Position numbers and translations under genes: made by a program. A stretch of DNA of 62,954 nucleotides, the filler included, from Craspedostauros australis (Eukaryota): assembly GCA_030167865.1 (NCBI GenBank). It is 16 parts of 16 records of this genome, joined end to end, with 100 filler letters (N's around TTAATTAATTAA, not from the genome) between each part and the next. Parts side by side here need not be neighbours in the genome. Positions count along the whole stretch, not along the records: positions 23,698 to 25,016 come from JALAGF010000551.1; positions 25,117 to 26,490 come from JALAGF010000552.1; positions 26,591 to 42,669 come from JALAGF010000553.1; 13 more parts are not named here. The stretch is one strand, 5' to 3'. The notes under the pieces are model-generated. The model searched no databases. It had not been told where the DNA came from and saw only the letters and a program-made list of their open reading frames with translations. Below, piece by piece: positions 23,698-35,735 of the stretch (position 1 is the stretch's first letter; each line of letters starts with the position of its first letter).

Positions 23698-25016
23698 CGT
23701 GTACACGGTTGGGGTCTCCTGTGGCGTGCTCATCTGGGTGATGGGCGTTGGGGTCCATGGGTTCTCGTCCTTCCATGGGATTATTCGGGATACCGTCTAT
23801 GGCCTGGCGTGTCCTGGGTTCCGTGGGATCCTTCGATGCGTTGTGGGCGNNNNNNNNNNNNNNNNNNNNNNNNNNNNNNNNNNNNNNNNNNNNNNNNNNN
23901 NNNNNNNNNNNNNNNNNNNNNNNNNNNNNNNTGGTAAGGTAGCAACCCATGGGCACGTTGCATACGTGTCCTCCTTGGTGATCTGAAGGGTTCCATCCTT
24001 GCTTTGGGGTGATGTCATAGGTGGGCAGATCCTCATCGTCCTCCATGATGGGGAATACGTCGAATGTCATCAGCGCGTCTCGCATCTCCAAGTTGATCGT
24101 CGTGTCTTCGTCAGGCATTAGGCATTGTCGGCCCGTGCCTGGTGTCGCGAACGATGCCCGGTGTTCCGACGAAACCGTATCGAGGACGGCTCCACTGGCC
24201 CGAATTTGGTGGTCGGATAACAGCGTCACCCGACTGTCGACGTTCAGAGCGGCTTCGTAGATCCGGAGGATCACTTCGTTGCCTTCTCTGGTCCTGGCCT
24301 TGATACTTGCGTCTACNNNNNNNNNNNNNNNNNNNNNNNNNNNNNNNNNNNNNNNNNNNNNNNNNNNNNNNNNNNNNNNNNNNNNNNNNTAGTCAATCTT
24401 CCAGACCCGGTCCTTGTTCCCGATAACGCAGCATTGTGCGCCTCCGTCACATACCGCGTATGTTTGCGGAGAGAAGGTCGCCAGGTTGATCAGCTGTTCG
24501 GGCACTGATTGGCGTTGTTTGGATTCTGGTGGGTCGATGGGGCTTGGGGCGTCGGATGAGTCACTCATCGTGATCATTTTCACGAGTCGGTCGTTGCCGT
24601 TCTTCTCGTGTCCTCCATAATCGACTAGGAACTTGGCAAGCTCCGAAGCGTCAATCGAGGATAGGTCCGATCCATTCCCGTCCTGGGAATCAGATCCCTC
24701 GGTGGATCCTGCGGTGTACCTGGCCAGGTTCGCGTGGGTAACACCTCCATACTGCTTGTGTGGATTGGTTTCCTCCCCTTTCTCTGGGGGCTTCACGCTG
24801 GCAGGTGGTTGGGGTTCTTCCTGCTCCTTCTTGCCCTCGACGCGGGTGAATCCGGATCCGTTCCGGTCGTTATTGCGGCGGGCCCAGCGGAGGGAACTGC
24901 GGAGTTTCATGATCACTCGACGGACCTTCTCAGGTAGTCCATCGAATACTTCTTGTGAGATGAAGGTGGGATCCTCCTGTAGTTTCTTCGAAATGGCATT
25001 GATGACCATCTCAGTG
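23698..25016 (-). mobile_element. Diatom Ty1/copia (CoDi-type) gag-protease fragment
   Basis: AVCDGGAQCCVIG protease motif, then VILRIYEAAL..TLLSDHQIRASGAVLDTV and LPTYDITP...WNP. Internal N gaps. Confidence 0.8.
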
Positions 25017-25116
25017 NNNNNNNNNNNNNNNNNNNNNNNNNNNNNNNNNNNNNNNNNNNNTTAATTAATTAANNNNNNNNNNNNNNNNNNNNNNNNNNNN
25101 NNNNNNNNNNNNNNNN

Positions 25117-26490
25117 GTCTCGTAGCAAATGCGCAAGAGAACATGAAGCGCCGTGTCTCCCTTCTTGTTTTGCACGTTGAAGTTAATGCTTGCCCGATTC
25201 TGGTACATCAGAGATTCGAGTCCTCTGTTATCGATCTTGTTCCAAAATTTCTTTCTGTGGAACGGCGCATCATCGTCGGTGAATGGTATGCTTGGGTCGA
25301 TGTTCCCACCACAGGACTCTGATAAAAAGTCTCTGAAGTCTTCCCGGTCGATTTTCTTCACGGCAATGTGAAACGGGGTCTTACCTTGGTGGTTCCGCAA
25401 GTTGAAGTCGAATCTGTCTCGACCTCCTCTGAGCACAAGCCCGATCCCGGCGCCATATCCCCGAACCGCAATATGAAGCGGAGTGTCGCCATCGTTGTTT
25501 TGGATGTTCACGTCGACATGTGACTCCTTGAGATAAACGATATCGCTAGCGATATCTGCGTAAGAACCCGAATGTTCGCAAGCAACATGGAGCGGGGCGT
25601 TCCCTTCGTTGTTTCGGATGTTCCAGTCGATGTTGCCCTTGGACGCTTCCACCAACTTACGGAAGGTATCTTCACACTTACGTCTGCATGCGATATGAAC
25701 AGGAGTATCACCCTTGTTGTTTTGGATGTTGAAGTCAATCGCGTCTGCGTATGTTGACAGCAAGAGACGGCAGGAGGCGTGCTGTAAGGCAAGATGGATA
25801 GGAGTGTCGCCGTCGTTGTTTCGAACATTGACATCCAGTAAACCTTTGCTTGATGCAACCAAAGGTTCCAGTTGTCGCGAGCTATCTTTTCCACAGGCAT
25901 GGTGAAGGGCTGTTTTTCCATCATTGTCTTGGATGTTGACGTCAATCACGTCGTTGCGACGTTCCAACAATGAAGACGGCATGGATCTGCTACCGTACTG
26001 GCATGCTAGGTGGAGCACTGTTCTGCCTCCATTGTCTTTCAGGTTGACACTATCGTTGAATTGGTCAAACTTCTGAAGGTGTTCCATCGCATCCAAAGAA
26101 TCAGAGTGCACGACTTGGTGAAGCGGAGTTTGTCCGCAATTGTTTTGGATCTTGATGCTGGAGTTCGCTGGATCCGACTCTACCATGCACTTCACCACGG
26201 TACTCATTTTCTCGCGGCAGGCAACGTGCAACGCTGTCTCCCCGTACGTATTCCTGGCGCTGAAATCAAGACCGACTCTCTCAGACTCGATCAGCCACTT
26301 GAAAACATCTACATGGCCACCCCGGCAAGCATGATGAAACGCTGTGTCATTGTTTCGCCCGCTTCTTCCATTCACATCAATATCCAATTGCTCTGTTTCA
26401 ATCAAATATTTCACCAAGTCCACATGGCCATGACTGCAAGCAGCATGAAAAGGGGACAACGCATCTTCGCCATGCAGGTTGACATCCACA
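25117..26490 (-). CDS. Ankyrin-repeat protein, partial at both ends
   Basis: About 12 repeats of the type D(V/F)N(I/V)xNNxG(D/K)T(P/A)LH(V/I)AC. Confidence 0.93.
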
Positions 26491-27093
26491 NNNNNNNNNN
26501 NNNNNNNNNNNNNNNNNNNNNNNNNNNNNNNNNNTTAATTAATTAANNNNNNNNNNNNNNNNNNNNNNNNNNNNNNNNNNNNNNNNNNNNGCGAACCTCC
26601 GGGTAACTTTGTCTCCTGAGCCCAAAATGGCCATTTTTGGTCTCCCCAGACAGAATCTCTCTTTATGGATATAGTATGTTTGTGTACATGCAGATAGTTC
26701 CTCTATTGCTTTCCATTGAAAGCCACATTTCTACCAGTACGTGAAAGCCATGGAGTAACATAGAGTATTTGACCGCACTGTATTGTTCTGCCTGTTGGTG
26801 CTGTTATGTGGTCCCTTCCATCACACAGAATGCTGCAGTCACTGCGTCCGTCGCTGCGGCGATCAGTGAGCACGTTCCCGATGGCCAAGGAATTGCTCAC
26901 TTGTGCAAGCCGATGCAGAAGGGTCATGGAACACTGCCGCTTCTTGACATGGAATATGATAATAGAACCCATCCATTCATCCATTCACACTTACGTCCAC
27001 TTTTGTTTTCACTCTTGCTCCCAAGCATTGTTCCGTTGTGTTCCATCACTTAATCCATGACTTCATGCATGCATGCATGCATGCATTCATGTA

Positions 27094-27836
27094 TTATCTA
27101 TACTGCTGCGCCTCCGCCGCCGGGATTTCAATGACCTCACGCTCCTTGTGCCACTTCCACTTGTCCGTCTTATCGATGGTCGTACGCACGATGGTGCGCT
27201 TGAGGTTGCCATCAGCATCCCACTCGTCGGTGATATCCTCCGTCGTCTTGCCCACAGCCTTGACCTTGGATTCCTCCTTGACCTTGGTGGGTGGCGCCCA
27301 TCCCTTGTAGACCTTCTGGTTGTTGGGATTGGAGTTGTGCTCGTACGTGACCGGCGTCACGATGGGACCGTTGTTGGTGGCCGATGGTTCTGCTGGCGTC
27401 GGTGTGGGCGGCATCCCCCTCGCCGTGTTGGGCACCCCGCTGCCCAGCTGCTGCTGTTCTGGGACGGCTGTGCTCTGCTTCTGTGGCTTCTGCTTCATGG
27501 CATCGGGAGCGCCGTGCTGAGCAGCCTGCCCATTCTCAGCAGGGCTTTGCGTCGATGCACCCTGCGCGGTGGCCTCTGGTGCACTGGATGAGCAGCTGTT
27601 GGGATTGTAGCATTCATTGTAGCATTCATTGTTTGTGTGTTTGCGTTTGCACGTAAGCAATGCAATGATGCAATGATGGAGGTGGAGATGGTGTGAGTGT
27701 GAGAGTGAGCGCATGCAAGTGGTGCTGATGATGGGAATCTCGAAGGAGGCCGCAAGACGAAGCAAAGAGACCGACAGCAGGGTGGACAGAGCAGCGTGGA
27801 TCATCTCTTAGCCCAACTTGGCGCGACGTACCCCAT
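27094..27836 (-). CDS. Small N-myristoylated/palmitoylated protein (MGCSSS...), 168 aa, 2 exons
   Basis: Coding exon 1 is ATGGG (27836-27832). Intron GTACGT...CAACAG spans 27831-27596. Exon 2 (27595-27094) is in frame with ORF 27094..27804. A Q/P-rich body is followed by a compact C-terminal domain, WAPPTK...DITDEWDADGNLKRTIVRTT. Confidence 0.75.
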
Positions 27837-28455
27837 GATCTCGTTCGATGCGCTTCACGTGGCGTGTTCTTTCCCTCGTTGATGGCTGTGATCGTGCGAG
27901 CTGTGTGTGCTTTGCATCGATAAATGCTCCCATCACAACGAGTATTGCATGAAAGGAAGAAGTTGATGCCAACCAAACGGAGAGAGAGAGAGCATCCTCT
28001 GTGGCAGCGTGGCGACCATTGTGTTTGTCCCGTTTTGGTGCTCGAATCTTGTTCCGTCATCGTGGAATGCGAAAATGACTGTGATCTTGTATTCGTTAGA
28101 TACTATCACTCAAAATATACTACATATAGAGTACTAATGATGACGTATCAGGTTCGGACAAAGAAACGAAGAAGGAAGAAAGAGAAAAGGAGTTGGATGA
28201 GGTTGCTGATGACACCTGTTCCGATGCAGAACGTTCTGTGCTTGTTGTTGTTGTTGTTGTTGCTGACTTTGTGCAAGAGACGCCATGCCGCTGCTCTGGC
28301 ATGGACAGACAAGAGCAAGAGCAAGAGCGAGAACAAGAGACGGTTTGAGACTCACCGATCCTCACAATCCCCATGATCCTCGTCGCATCGATTGCCAGCA
28401 TCACTTCGGTTCACTTCACTGCAACAATACGCACACATACACATACACATACACA

Positions 28456-29259
28456 ATGACGCTCGCAGTACGCAACCACCGATTCGCAGCCATCGCGATG
28501 CTGTGCCTGATGTCGCTGACGCGCAGCGCCCAGGCATGGACCGCACCGGCCTTTGGAGTCAGCACAACCGCACGCGGTGTTGCGTTGCATCAGTCCACGG
28601 AGGTTGCACCGGCCGAGACTGTGGAAGACATCTCGCTGGACATGTTGGATGCCGATCATGAGGTGGAAGGAGCCTTGTTGTCCCAGTCTGTTGCCGCGTG
28701 GTTGGATGCGGAGGTACGATAACGCGTGTTCTGCCAAACTCGTATGTGCTTGCAGAGATGGCAGAGATGGCATAGAGTGGGAGAGTGTTGGCATTGCCCG
28801 GATGGATGGATGCTTGGCTTGGCTTGCTGAAGTTCGAAAGGATTGTCGTTGCAGTACTTTTGAAGACTGCATGACACAAGTGCTACACTGTGACACGATC
28901 ATCTCACGCTCCTGTATCTGTTTCCGAGCATCTTCACCACTGCCATGCATTACGACTATGTTATGTAATGTTATATAATATTATGGAATACTTGCACACA
29001 CACACAGTGGATGCCACAAGAGATCCACGTGAAGATGGGAGAATCCGCAAAACGCTCGTACGTGCACTGCCGTGAGGAGGGCGACGACGAGATCATGTCC
29101 ATCATGATGAAGGTTGCCGAGGACCTGACCGAAAACTGGTTCGAAGTGTACAACGCCGATGCCTTCGTCAACGCGTGGGATGTGGCCAACTACGTCTCCG
29201 ACTACCTCACGCAGAAGTCGGGATCAGAGTCCTGCGCCTGCGCCACGCCCATTCATTGA
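28456..29259 (+). CDS. Plastid-targeted conserved protein of unknown function (cyanobacterial-type), 169 aa, 2 exons
   Basis: Exons 28456-28713 and 29008-29259. The phase-0 intron GAG|GTACGA...CACAG|TGG gives WLDAE-WMPQEIH. The signal peptide ends AQA-WTAP (ASAFAP-like). C-terminus FVNAWDVANYVSDYL...CAC. Confidence 0.85.
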
Positions 29260-30105
29260 TCGGGATGTGAAGTTTGATGAGATGACGAGGTGGATGCGCG
29301 CATGTACCATATATATGCATGCATACATGCATACATGGATGGATGGATGGATGGATGGATGAAATCCATAGGATACTGTACTCGATGCATGAATGAATGA
29401 ACGAAGGAAGGAACGAATGGATACACGAAGGAAGGAAAGAAGGATCAGATTTTTGATCGGGAACCTGGGTACGAGCAACCAGCTGAGGATTCGCAGGTAT
29501 CGTACTTGGATGGGACAATGCTTTGAATGAGAGCAACTTGCCAATGCAAGCCTTCACACCCACTCACTTGATTGATCACATGGTTGTGTGAGTGATTGGA
29601 ATGGAATAAATGAATAGAGATCAGCCTTTCCCGAACACTGGGCGAAGAATCGGCATCGCATTGCTGTTGGCGTTCGGCATTTCGCGCATTTCTGGCACAG
29701 CAAAAAGCTTCTCTACACTCAGTTCAAGAAGTCTAGGATGACGTCACGTTATGCACGACTTGAAGACGATCATGTCGAACTCTGCCAGCAAACAACACGG
29801 ATCGGAGTGAGGAAAGAGAGACAAACACAAATCGAGTCCTTTCGGCAGCTGCTCGGACAGCCACCAACCAACTTCCTCGTGTCAAGTCGGCGTTCCAATT
29901 CATCACAAGAAGCCATTTCGTTCGGTCGCATAAAAATATGTGTTGGTACTAATCCAAGCGCTCTGCCGACAATCCCGCCAAAGCCTGAAGTGTGGCGACG
30001 ACAGAGTATCATTGAGTGTAATAGTCATACTCGATTGTATTGCATTGTATTGTATTGCATTGTATTTTATAATATCAGATAATACAATACATCACAGTTG
30101 CCAAG

Positions 30106-32865
30106 ATGACGACGACAACGGCGAACAGCATGGAAGGCGATGGTCGGATCCTGGCGCAGCAGTCTTACCAGCCTCATCATGAGCAGGAGCTTGGACAAGT
30201 GCTTGGACAAATGCATGGACAAGTGCATGGACAAGTGCATGGACAAGTGCATGGACGTAGCACACGGAGAACGTATCGACTGGCGAATGTGATGCTGGGT
30301 TGCATCTTGGGCCTCGGCAGTCTGTCACTTTCTCCGTCAGCGTGGGCATGGAGCCCCGCAGCCTTTCAGCGTGGGCAGCTTCAGCGCGGGAAGATCGGAT
30401 ACGCATCGCCTGCGGCTGCGAGCGCATGGCTTCCTTCAGTATCGTCCTCGCGGCTGATGGTTGCACTCAAGGCATCCAACGATGGCAAACATGCTGAAGC
30501 TCCCGCAGATGTTCACAATGATGTTCACAATGACAATGACCAACAGAAGGAGCAACCCAAGGCACGGACGAAGCTTCAGGAAGAGGCAGACAAGCTGAAA
30601 CAATCAGCGCTGCGAGCACGGCTGGAAGCGCAGCAGATGGAGTCCACATTGGCGTTGAACAAGATCGCCGCTCTCGAGGATCAGCTACTCAAGCTCAGCG
30701 GCACTGTCAACGCGCAGACCGATCAAGCCGATAGCGAAGGCCAGGATGCCACTGACACCAAAGACGATGGCACAGACGATGATAAGGACAGACTCAAGCG
30801 CCAAACGCAAATCAAGCAACGCGAGGACATCGTTCAAAAGATACAAGCTCTGCGCAAAATCCTGGAAGTGGCGGATCCCAATGCCACGGAACCTGTCAAT
30901 GAGCCCGCGGCAACTGCCCAGGCACCAGCATCTTCGAACAATACACAGGCCCCTCTCTTCGGTGCCTCTGAAGACCAGGATCAGACGGCCCAGGAACTCG
31001 AGAGCGCTCTCGCTGATATCTCGACCATGCTTGCCAACACCACCGACGCCAATGCCAACGTCAACGCCAATGCCAATTCTAACACCAGCAAGCCGTTGGA
31101 AGTAAACGACCAGGTGGACAGTTGGATGGGAGCTGACGGGAATGAATCGAATGTGCTAGAAACGTTCATCACGAAAATGCTAGACATGGACGTGGCGGCG
31201 AATCCTTTGGACAACCTCACCGGGCTTGTGCAGGAGACCTTGGACGAGGTGGAGCAAGGCATTTTGAACAACCCGAACTTGTTACTCCTAGCTTCCAATG
31301 ACACCTTCATCGATGTGCTCAATCAGGTCCGGTACATCGCCACGCGCGAAGCCGCCTTCCAGGACCAGCCAGACGACTACAAGGTCGACTGCCTGGCCTT
31401 CGCCGAGATGTACCCCGATGTCATCTTCCCAACAGGCCAGGTCAGGCGGACCATGTCGCTCAAGATGGCCGCCCAGCTTCAGAACAATCACCGCAAGGAA
31501 GTGGACGAGATGACCACCGCAGTCCTCGACGATCCTTACGTCGTCAACAACATATTCCAACGCACCGACAAGCCCCAACATCTCGAGTACGTCAGCGTCA
31601 TCAGGGGCATACCCAAGACGGCCACCGGCGAGTCGCTCCTCATCGATCTGGAGAACTACCTCTACAAATCCAAGCTCTATCGGAAGTTTGCGGACAGCCT
31701 CGAATTCTACGTCATCCGAGATTTCAGCTTCTTGGACGAGCTCGACGACATTGAAGTGATTGACTTTGTCACCTCGGAGATGAATGATCAGCTGCGCGAC
31801 AAGGATAGTTTCTTCGACCGCCTTCAGTTGCTCCCAAACACCTTGAATAAACTTGATCGGCTCCCACCCCCCACGCTGCTCATCGCACCCAAGAACACCT
31901 TCGTCATGCAGACGCATGCCGAGGAAGAACGCGACCCCCGCCTCTTCGTCTCCTACCTTGGCATCATCAGCATGGCCCTCTTCTCGGGTGCGTGCTACGA
32001 TCCCGCAGCCGGCCTCCTCCAGCAGTTCGCCGTCGGCGTCTCCAGTCCCCTCTTCTGGGCCCTCTTTGCGATCCAGGCCACGCACGAGGCAGGCCACTTT
32101 GCCGCGGTCTACCTCATCAACCTCATCGACAAGGCACTCAGCAACACCGGCGCCGGCGTGCAGCGCAACTACGACGACGACACAGATTCCATCTCCCTGG
32201 CCTTCCCGCCTGTCGTCGTGCCATGGACGCCCTTCGGAACCCTTCCCACCGCCACCTTCTACCAGCGTCCGCCCAAGAACAACAAGGCGCTCTTCGACAT
32301 CGCCTTCGCTGGGCCCCTCCTGGGATCGATCGCGTCCTGGTGCGCCCTGTTTTCGGGACTGCAGCAGATCCTGCTCGTGCCCACCAAGCAGATCGCTCAG
32401 CTGCCGCACGTTCCAGTGGAATTCCTCAAGGTCTCTGGCCTGGTCGCCGCCACCATCCAGTCCTTCCTCGGATTCGACACTCTCCTCTCCCTCGATCCAT
32501 CCTCCGACGCGGTCGCTTGCCATCCCCTGCTCCTCGCAGGGTACATTGGCATTTTCTGCAACGCCCTCGCTTTCGTTCCCAACAGCAAGCGCTCCGACGG
32601 CGGTCGCATGGAGATGGCGGCTTTGGGACGCGATTCGGCGCTCACCTATCTCTTCGAGCCGATCTGGGCCATCTTCGGCCTCGCCTTGATCATTCAGAAC
32701 TGGGGCACGTCCAGCGTCATTATCGGCTTTGTGCTGTCCAATGCCATCCTGATGCAAGGCCAAGAGTTGCCTCTCCGCAATGATATCGACGTCGTGGACA
32801 ACATGCGCCGCCTTCTGTACGTCCTCTCGGTCGGCGGGGCGCTCATCACCCTATGGCCGGCGTGA
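30106..32865 (+). CDS. EGY-like M50 (site-2) intramembrane metalloprotease, probably plastid-targeted
   Basis: HEAGH (32083-32097), FDIAFAGPLLG, HPLLLAG and SDGGR motifs, with several C-terminal TM helices. A signal peptide ending AWA-WSP follows ATG 30292, which may be the true start. Confidence 0.85.
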   Translation: MTTTTANSMEGDGRILAQQSYQPHHEQELGQVLGQMHGQVHGQVHGQVHGRSTRRTYRLANVMLGCILGLGSLSLSPSAWAWSPAAFQRGQLQRGKIGYASPAAASAWLPSVSSSRLMVALKASNDGKHAEAPADVHNDVHNDNDQQKEQPKARTKLQEEADKLKQSALRARLEAQQMESTLALNKIAALEDQLLKLSGTVNAQTDQADSEGQDATDTKDDGTDDDKDRLKRQTQIKQREDIVQKIQALRKILEVADPNATEPVNEPAATAQAPASSNNTQAPLFGASEDQDQTAQELESALADISTMLANTTDANANVNANANSNTSKPLEVNDQVDSWMGADGNESNVLETFITKMLDMDVAANPLDNLTGLVQETLDEVEQGILNNPNLLLLASNDTFIDVLNQVRYIATREAAFQDQPDDYKVDCLAFAEMYPDVIFPTGQVRRTMSLKMAAQLQNNHRKEVDEMTTAVLDDPYVVNNIFQRTDKPQHLEYVSVIRGIPKTATGESLLIDLENYLYKSKLYRKFADSLEFYVIRDFSFLDELDDIEVIDFVTSEMNDQLRDKDSFFDRLQLLPNTLNKLDRLPPPTLLIAPKNTFVMQTHAEEERDPRLFVSYLGIISMALFSGACYDPAAGLLQQFAVGVSSPLFWALFAIQATHEAGHFAAVYLINLIDKALSNTGAGVQRNYDDDTDSISLAFPPVVVPWTPFGTLPTATFYQRPPKNNKALFDIAFAGPLLGSIASWCALFSGLQQILLVPTKQIAQLPHVPVEFLKVSGLVAATIQSFLGFDTLLSLDPSSDAVACHPLLLAGYIGIFCNALAFVPNSKRSDGGRMEMAALGRDSALTYLFEPIWAIFGLALIIQNWGTSSVIIGFVLSNAILMQGQELPLRNDIDVVDNMRRLLYVLSVGGALITLWPA
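30193..30256 (+). repeat. 12-nt tandem repeat GGACAAGTGCAT, about 5 units
   Basis: Directly visible. It encodes GQVH if ATG 30106 is used. Confidence 0.9.
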
Positions 32866-33404
32866 ATCGTATTGTCGCTGATACGTCATTTCGATACTCG
32901 GTCTGTAGGGTGGTGGGTATGGAGGTGAGGATATCCTATGCGTGGGCAGAGCTCGTGCATGACACACAGATACGTAGAATGTCGACTGATGCGTCCCATA
33001 CTCGCACATACCGTTTGTGTGTGACACCCATATCCACCACCAAACACCAATATAGTAGCACCGAAGGAACAAGCAAGAAACATCAACGCAAAAACAAGTC
33101 TAACTGGCAAATCTACTTTAGCACGATACTATACTGTCAGCTGAAACGAATGCCGCTGTGATGTTGTGCGGCACCACGCCATTCAATTGATGCTGTGATG
33201 GTACATGGCGAGCTCCTTGATCGCTGGAATGATATAGTATCACTGGGCTGCATGGTGGCGACAGCAGTGCCGCGACGAGTGTCGTTGTGTTTATACCTGC
33301 ACGAAAGCGCAATACGAGCGCAAACAAGGATGCGGGGCAGTTCCCTTGATGTATATATATATGCCTATCTCTCTGCCTATCTCTCTTCGTCCATTTGAAC
33401 TACT

Positions 33405-34469
33405 CTAGAATGTCGCCCACACTTTGTCCTCCGCCGCCAACGAACGGGACATGTCCAATGTCTCAGTCTCCTCCATCGCGATCCCAAACTTCGATTCAAG
33501 AATGCTGCGCACCTCGTCCTTGCTACTGAGCTCTTGCGCGGCCACCGGCGCCACTCCGTCGTCTGCCATAGACATGCGCCCAGGACCCGTCACCTTGAAC
33601 TTGCTGCCCGCCACAGTGTACTTCCAATCTCGCGTGACACTGCATACGATAGTCTTCTGACCAAAGTTGCAGTTCACGTCTTGCACTTGCTTCAAGCACT
33701 GCGCGAAATCTTCCAGCGTCCGCGTCGCGTCGATCTGCGCGTCCCACTTCAACCGCGGCGTCCAGACACCGCCCTTCTTGTACTCGAGCACGATATCGGT
33801 GCCGTCTGGCACGAAACGCGATTGCATGCCTTCGGCCGTGATCTGGATTTCATCGAGGGCGGGGTACCGCAGCGGATGGATGGCAGGCTCTCCAAAGCCC
33901 ACGTCCACGAAGTACTGCTGGCTATCGTGATCATCCAATCGCACCAGCAAAAACAGATGCGTCGCAGGATGATCGAAGCCATCGTCGTCACCATCGGGTC
34001 GATGCACAATAGCCGGGACGTACTGCACGTGCAGACCCATGGTGCTCAGCAGTTTCGCCAGTATGCTGTTCAACTCCAAGCAGAATCCGCCGCGCTGACG
34101 TGTGAGAATCTTGTCCTCGATGGATGTCATGTCCAAGGTCTGCAAGCCACCTTTGGCCCCATGCTGACCCAGATTCTCAAACGGGATGTTGGCGAGGTGT
34201 GCTTCGGTGATGCGACAGAGGTCTTCAAATGTCGGTTTGTTGATGTTGATGTTGATGTTCTTCTCACTGTTGCAGCCATTGATGTTGGCAACGGTGTTGA
34301 CATCGGTGTTGGCAACAGTGTTGGTGTCCGTGGCCGACAGTCCCAAACGTTGCAGATAGGATTGTACGAATGGAGGGGACGATAGCGCCATCGCTGGTCT
34401 GGTCATGATCCCTGATTGGAGTTGCAATGCGATGATGAATGAGGTGATGTTCCGTCCTTTCCAGCACAT
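33405..34469 (-). CDS. NAT: Arylamine N-acetyltransferase
   Basis: IPFENL, RGGFCLELN (catalytic Cys), THLFLLV (His) and YFVDVGFG (Asp). First ATG at 34469; the start is uncertain. Confidence 0.92.
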   Translation of the reverse strand: MCWKGRNITSFIIALQLQSGIMTRPAMALSSPPFVQSYLQRLGLSATDTNTVANTDVNTVANINGCNSEKNINININKPTFEDLCRITEAHLANIPFENLGQHGAKGGLQTLDMTSIEDKILTRQRGGFCLELNSILAKLLSTMGLHVQYVPAIVHRPDGDDDGFDHPATHLFLLVRLDDHDSQQYFVDVGFGEPAIHPLRYPALDEIQITAEGMQSRFVPDGTDIVLEYKKGGVWTPRLKWDAQIDATRTLEDFAQCLKQVQDVNCNFGQKTIVCSVTRDWKYTVAGSKFKVTGPGRMSMADDGVAPVAAQELSSKDEVRSILESKFGIAMEETETLDMSRSLAAEDKVWATF

Positions 34470-35735
34470 GTGCGGATGTTTGTGGTCTCGATACTCTTGC
34501 GACAGAATTCTGTGAAGTACGACTATAATATTTTGTTTGCTCAAAGAGTATGATGATCGGCCGCGAATGATTGTGGCACGAGCGTGTCTGTCTGTGTTTG
34601 TGGGTGTTTGCCGTTCCTTCAACTTGTGAGTATTGGGGCATGAGAATGATGATGACAGGAACCTCGCACTCGTACTACTACTTGTCCTACTACTGGTGCT
34701 CTATCCTGATCCAGCATGCTCTTCTGTGTTCGTGCAATTGTTGTCTGTTCGAAGAAGAGAGCGTATTCGTACTTCGAAGAATGCAAATGCATGGATCAAC
34801 AACGATCTGAAGGGAGATGAGATGATTAAGATCGTCTCACGTTTGCATCGTCATCGTCCCGCCCCCTTACTCCCAAATGCCGACCTCTGATGCCGCCAAC
34901 ATCAACATCGGTCGAGATGTTGTCCATGTCGAACATGTTCGCGCCCTCACAACTCTCTCTCCTCCACAGAACAACACCAGACACGCATGACGCCACGAGG
35001 CAATTTTCGAAGTTGTTGTTCGTTTGGTCGGATGGATCGGAAGATACGATATCATTCACGACCATCATCGAATCACGATCCTTCAAATTCTCGATCCCAC
35101 ACAAAACACGAAATCGCAAAATCGTGGAAACTCCATTGTTCACATCATCGCGCATGCTGGTGATGGCTGCCATGCGTCCATCGTCTGAGAAAGGGCAACG
35201 GTCTGCGGTAACGACCTTGGGCACTCCGTCATGAACATTATGGACATACATGCATCGAGACGAATCATTCGCTGCCTTCCTAACAAATCAAAAGGATGGA
35301 GAGAGTCCGGACGTTACCGTTGCCTTTTTCGCTGAGTTGCTTCGATCGCCATCGCCAGTCGGCCATCAGATCCATCCGTCGATCACTCGATCGGTCAGGG
35401 TGAACGTGATGGCTGCACCGTGTGGTCTGCGTGTTGCAGTCCATGCTTGGTTGTGAACAGGCCCTCTCGCTCTCGTCTTGTGTTCTCGCCTTGGAGTCGC
35501 TGCTCTTCTGCTCTTCCTTGTGCCGCGTCGACTGCTCCTTCATAATTTGTGATCATCGCAAGGCCGCAAACGGTTCACAGCTCACGGCTCACATCAAATC
35601 ACGACACCATCCATCAAGCAGCCACACGTTCCAGCAGTCACGCAGTCAAGCATCACAGTATCACGGCAAGCCACATTTCACGCACCAAGCAACAGCAACC
35701 GACAACAAGCAATACCAACAATCCATTCCGTCAAG

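Noticed and set aside
29300..29440. (CATG)n, (GGAT)n, (GAAG)n and similar (ATTGT)n / (AATAG)n runs at about 30035 and 39215-39300
   Set aside because: Ordinary intergenic or intronic microsatellites.
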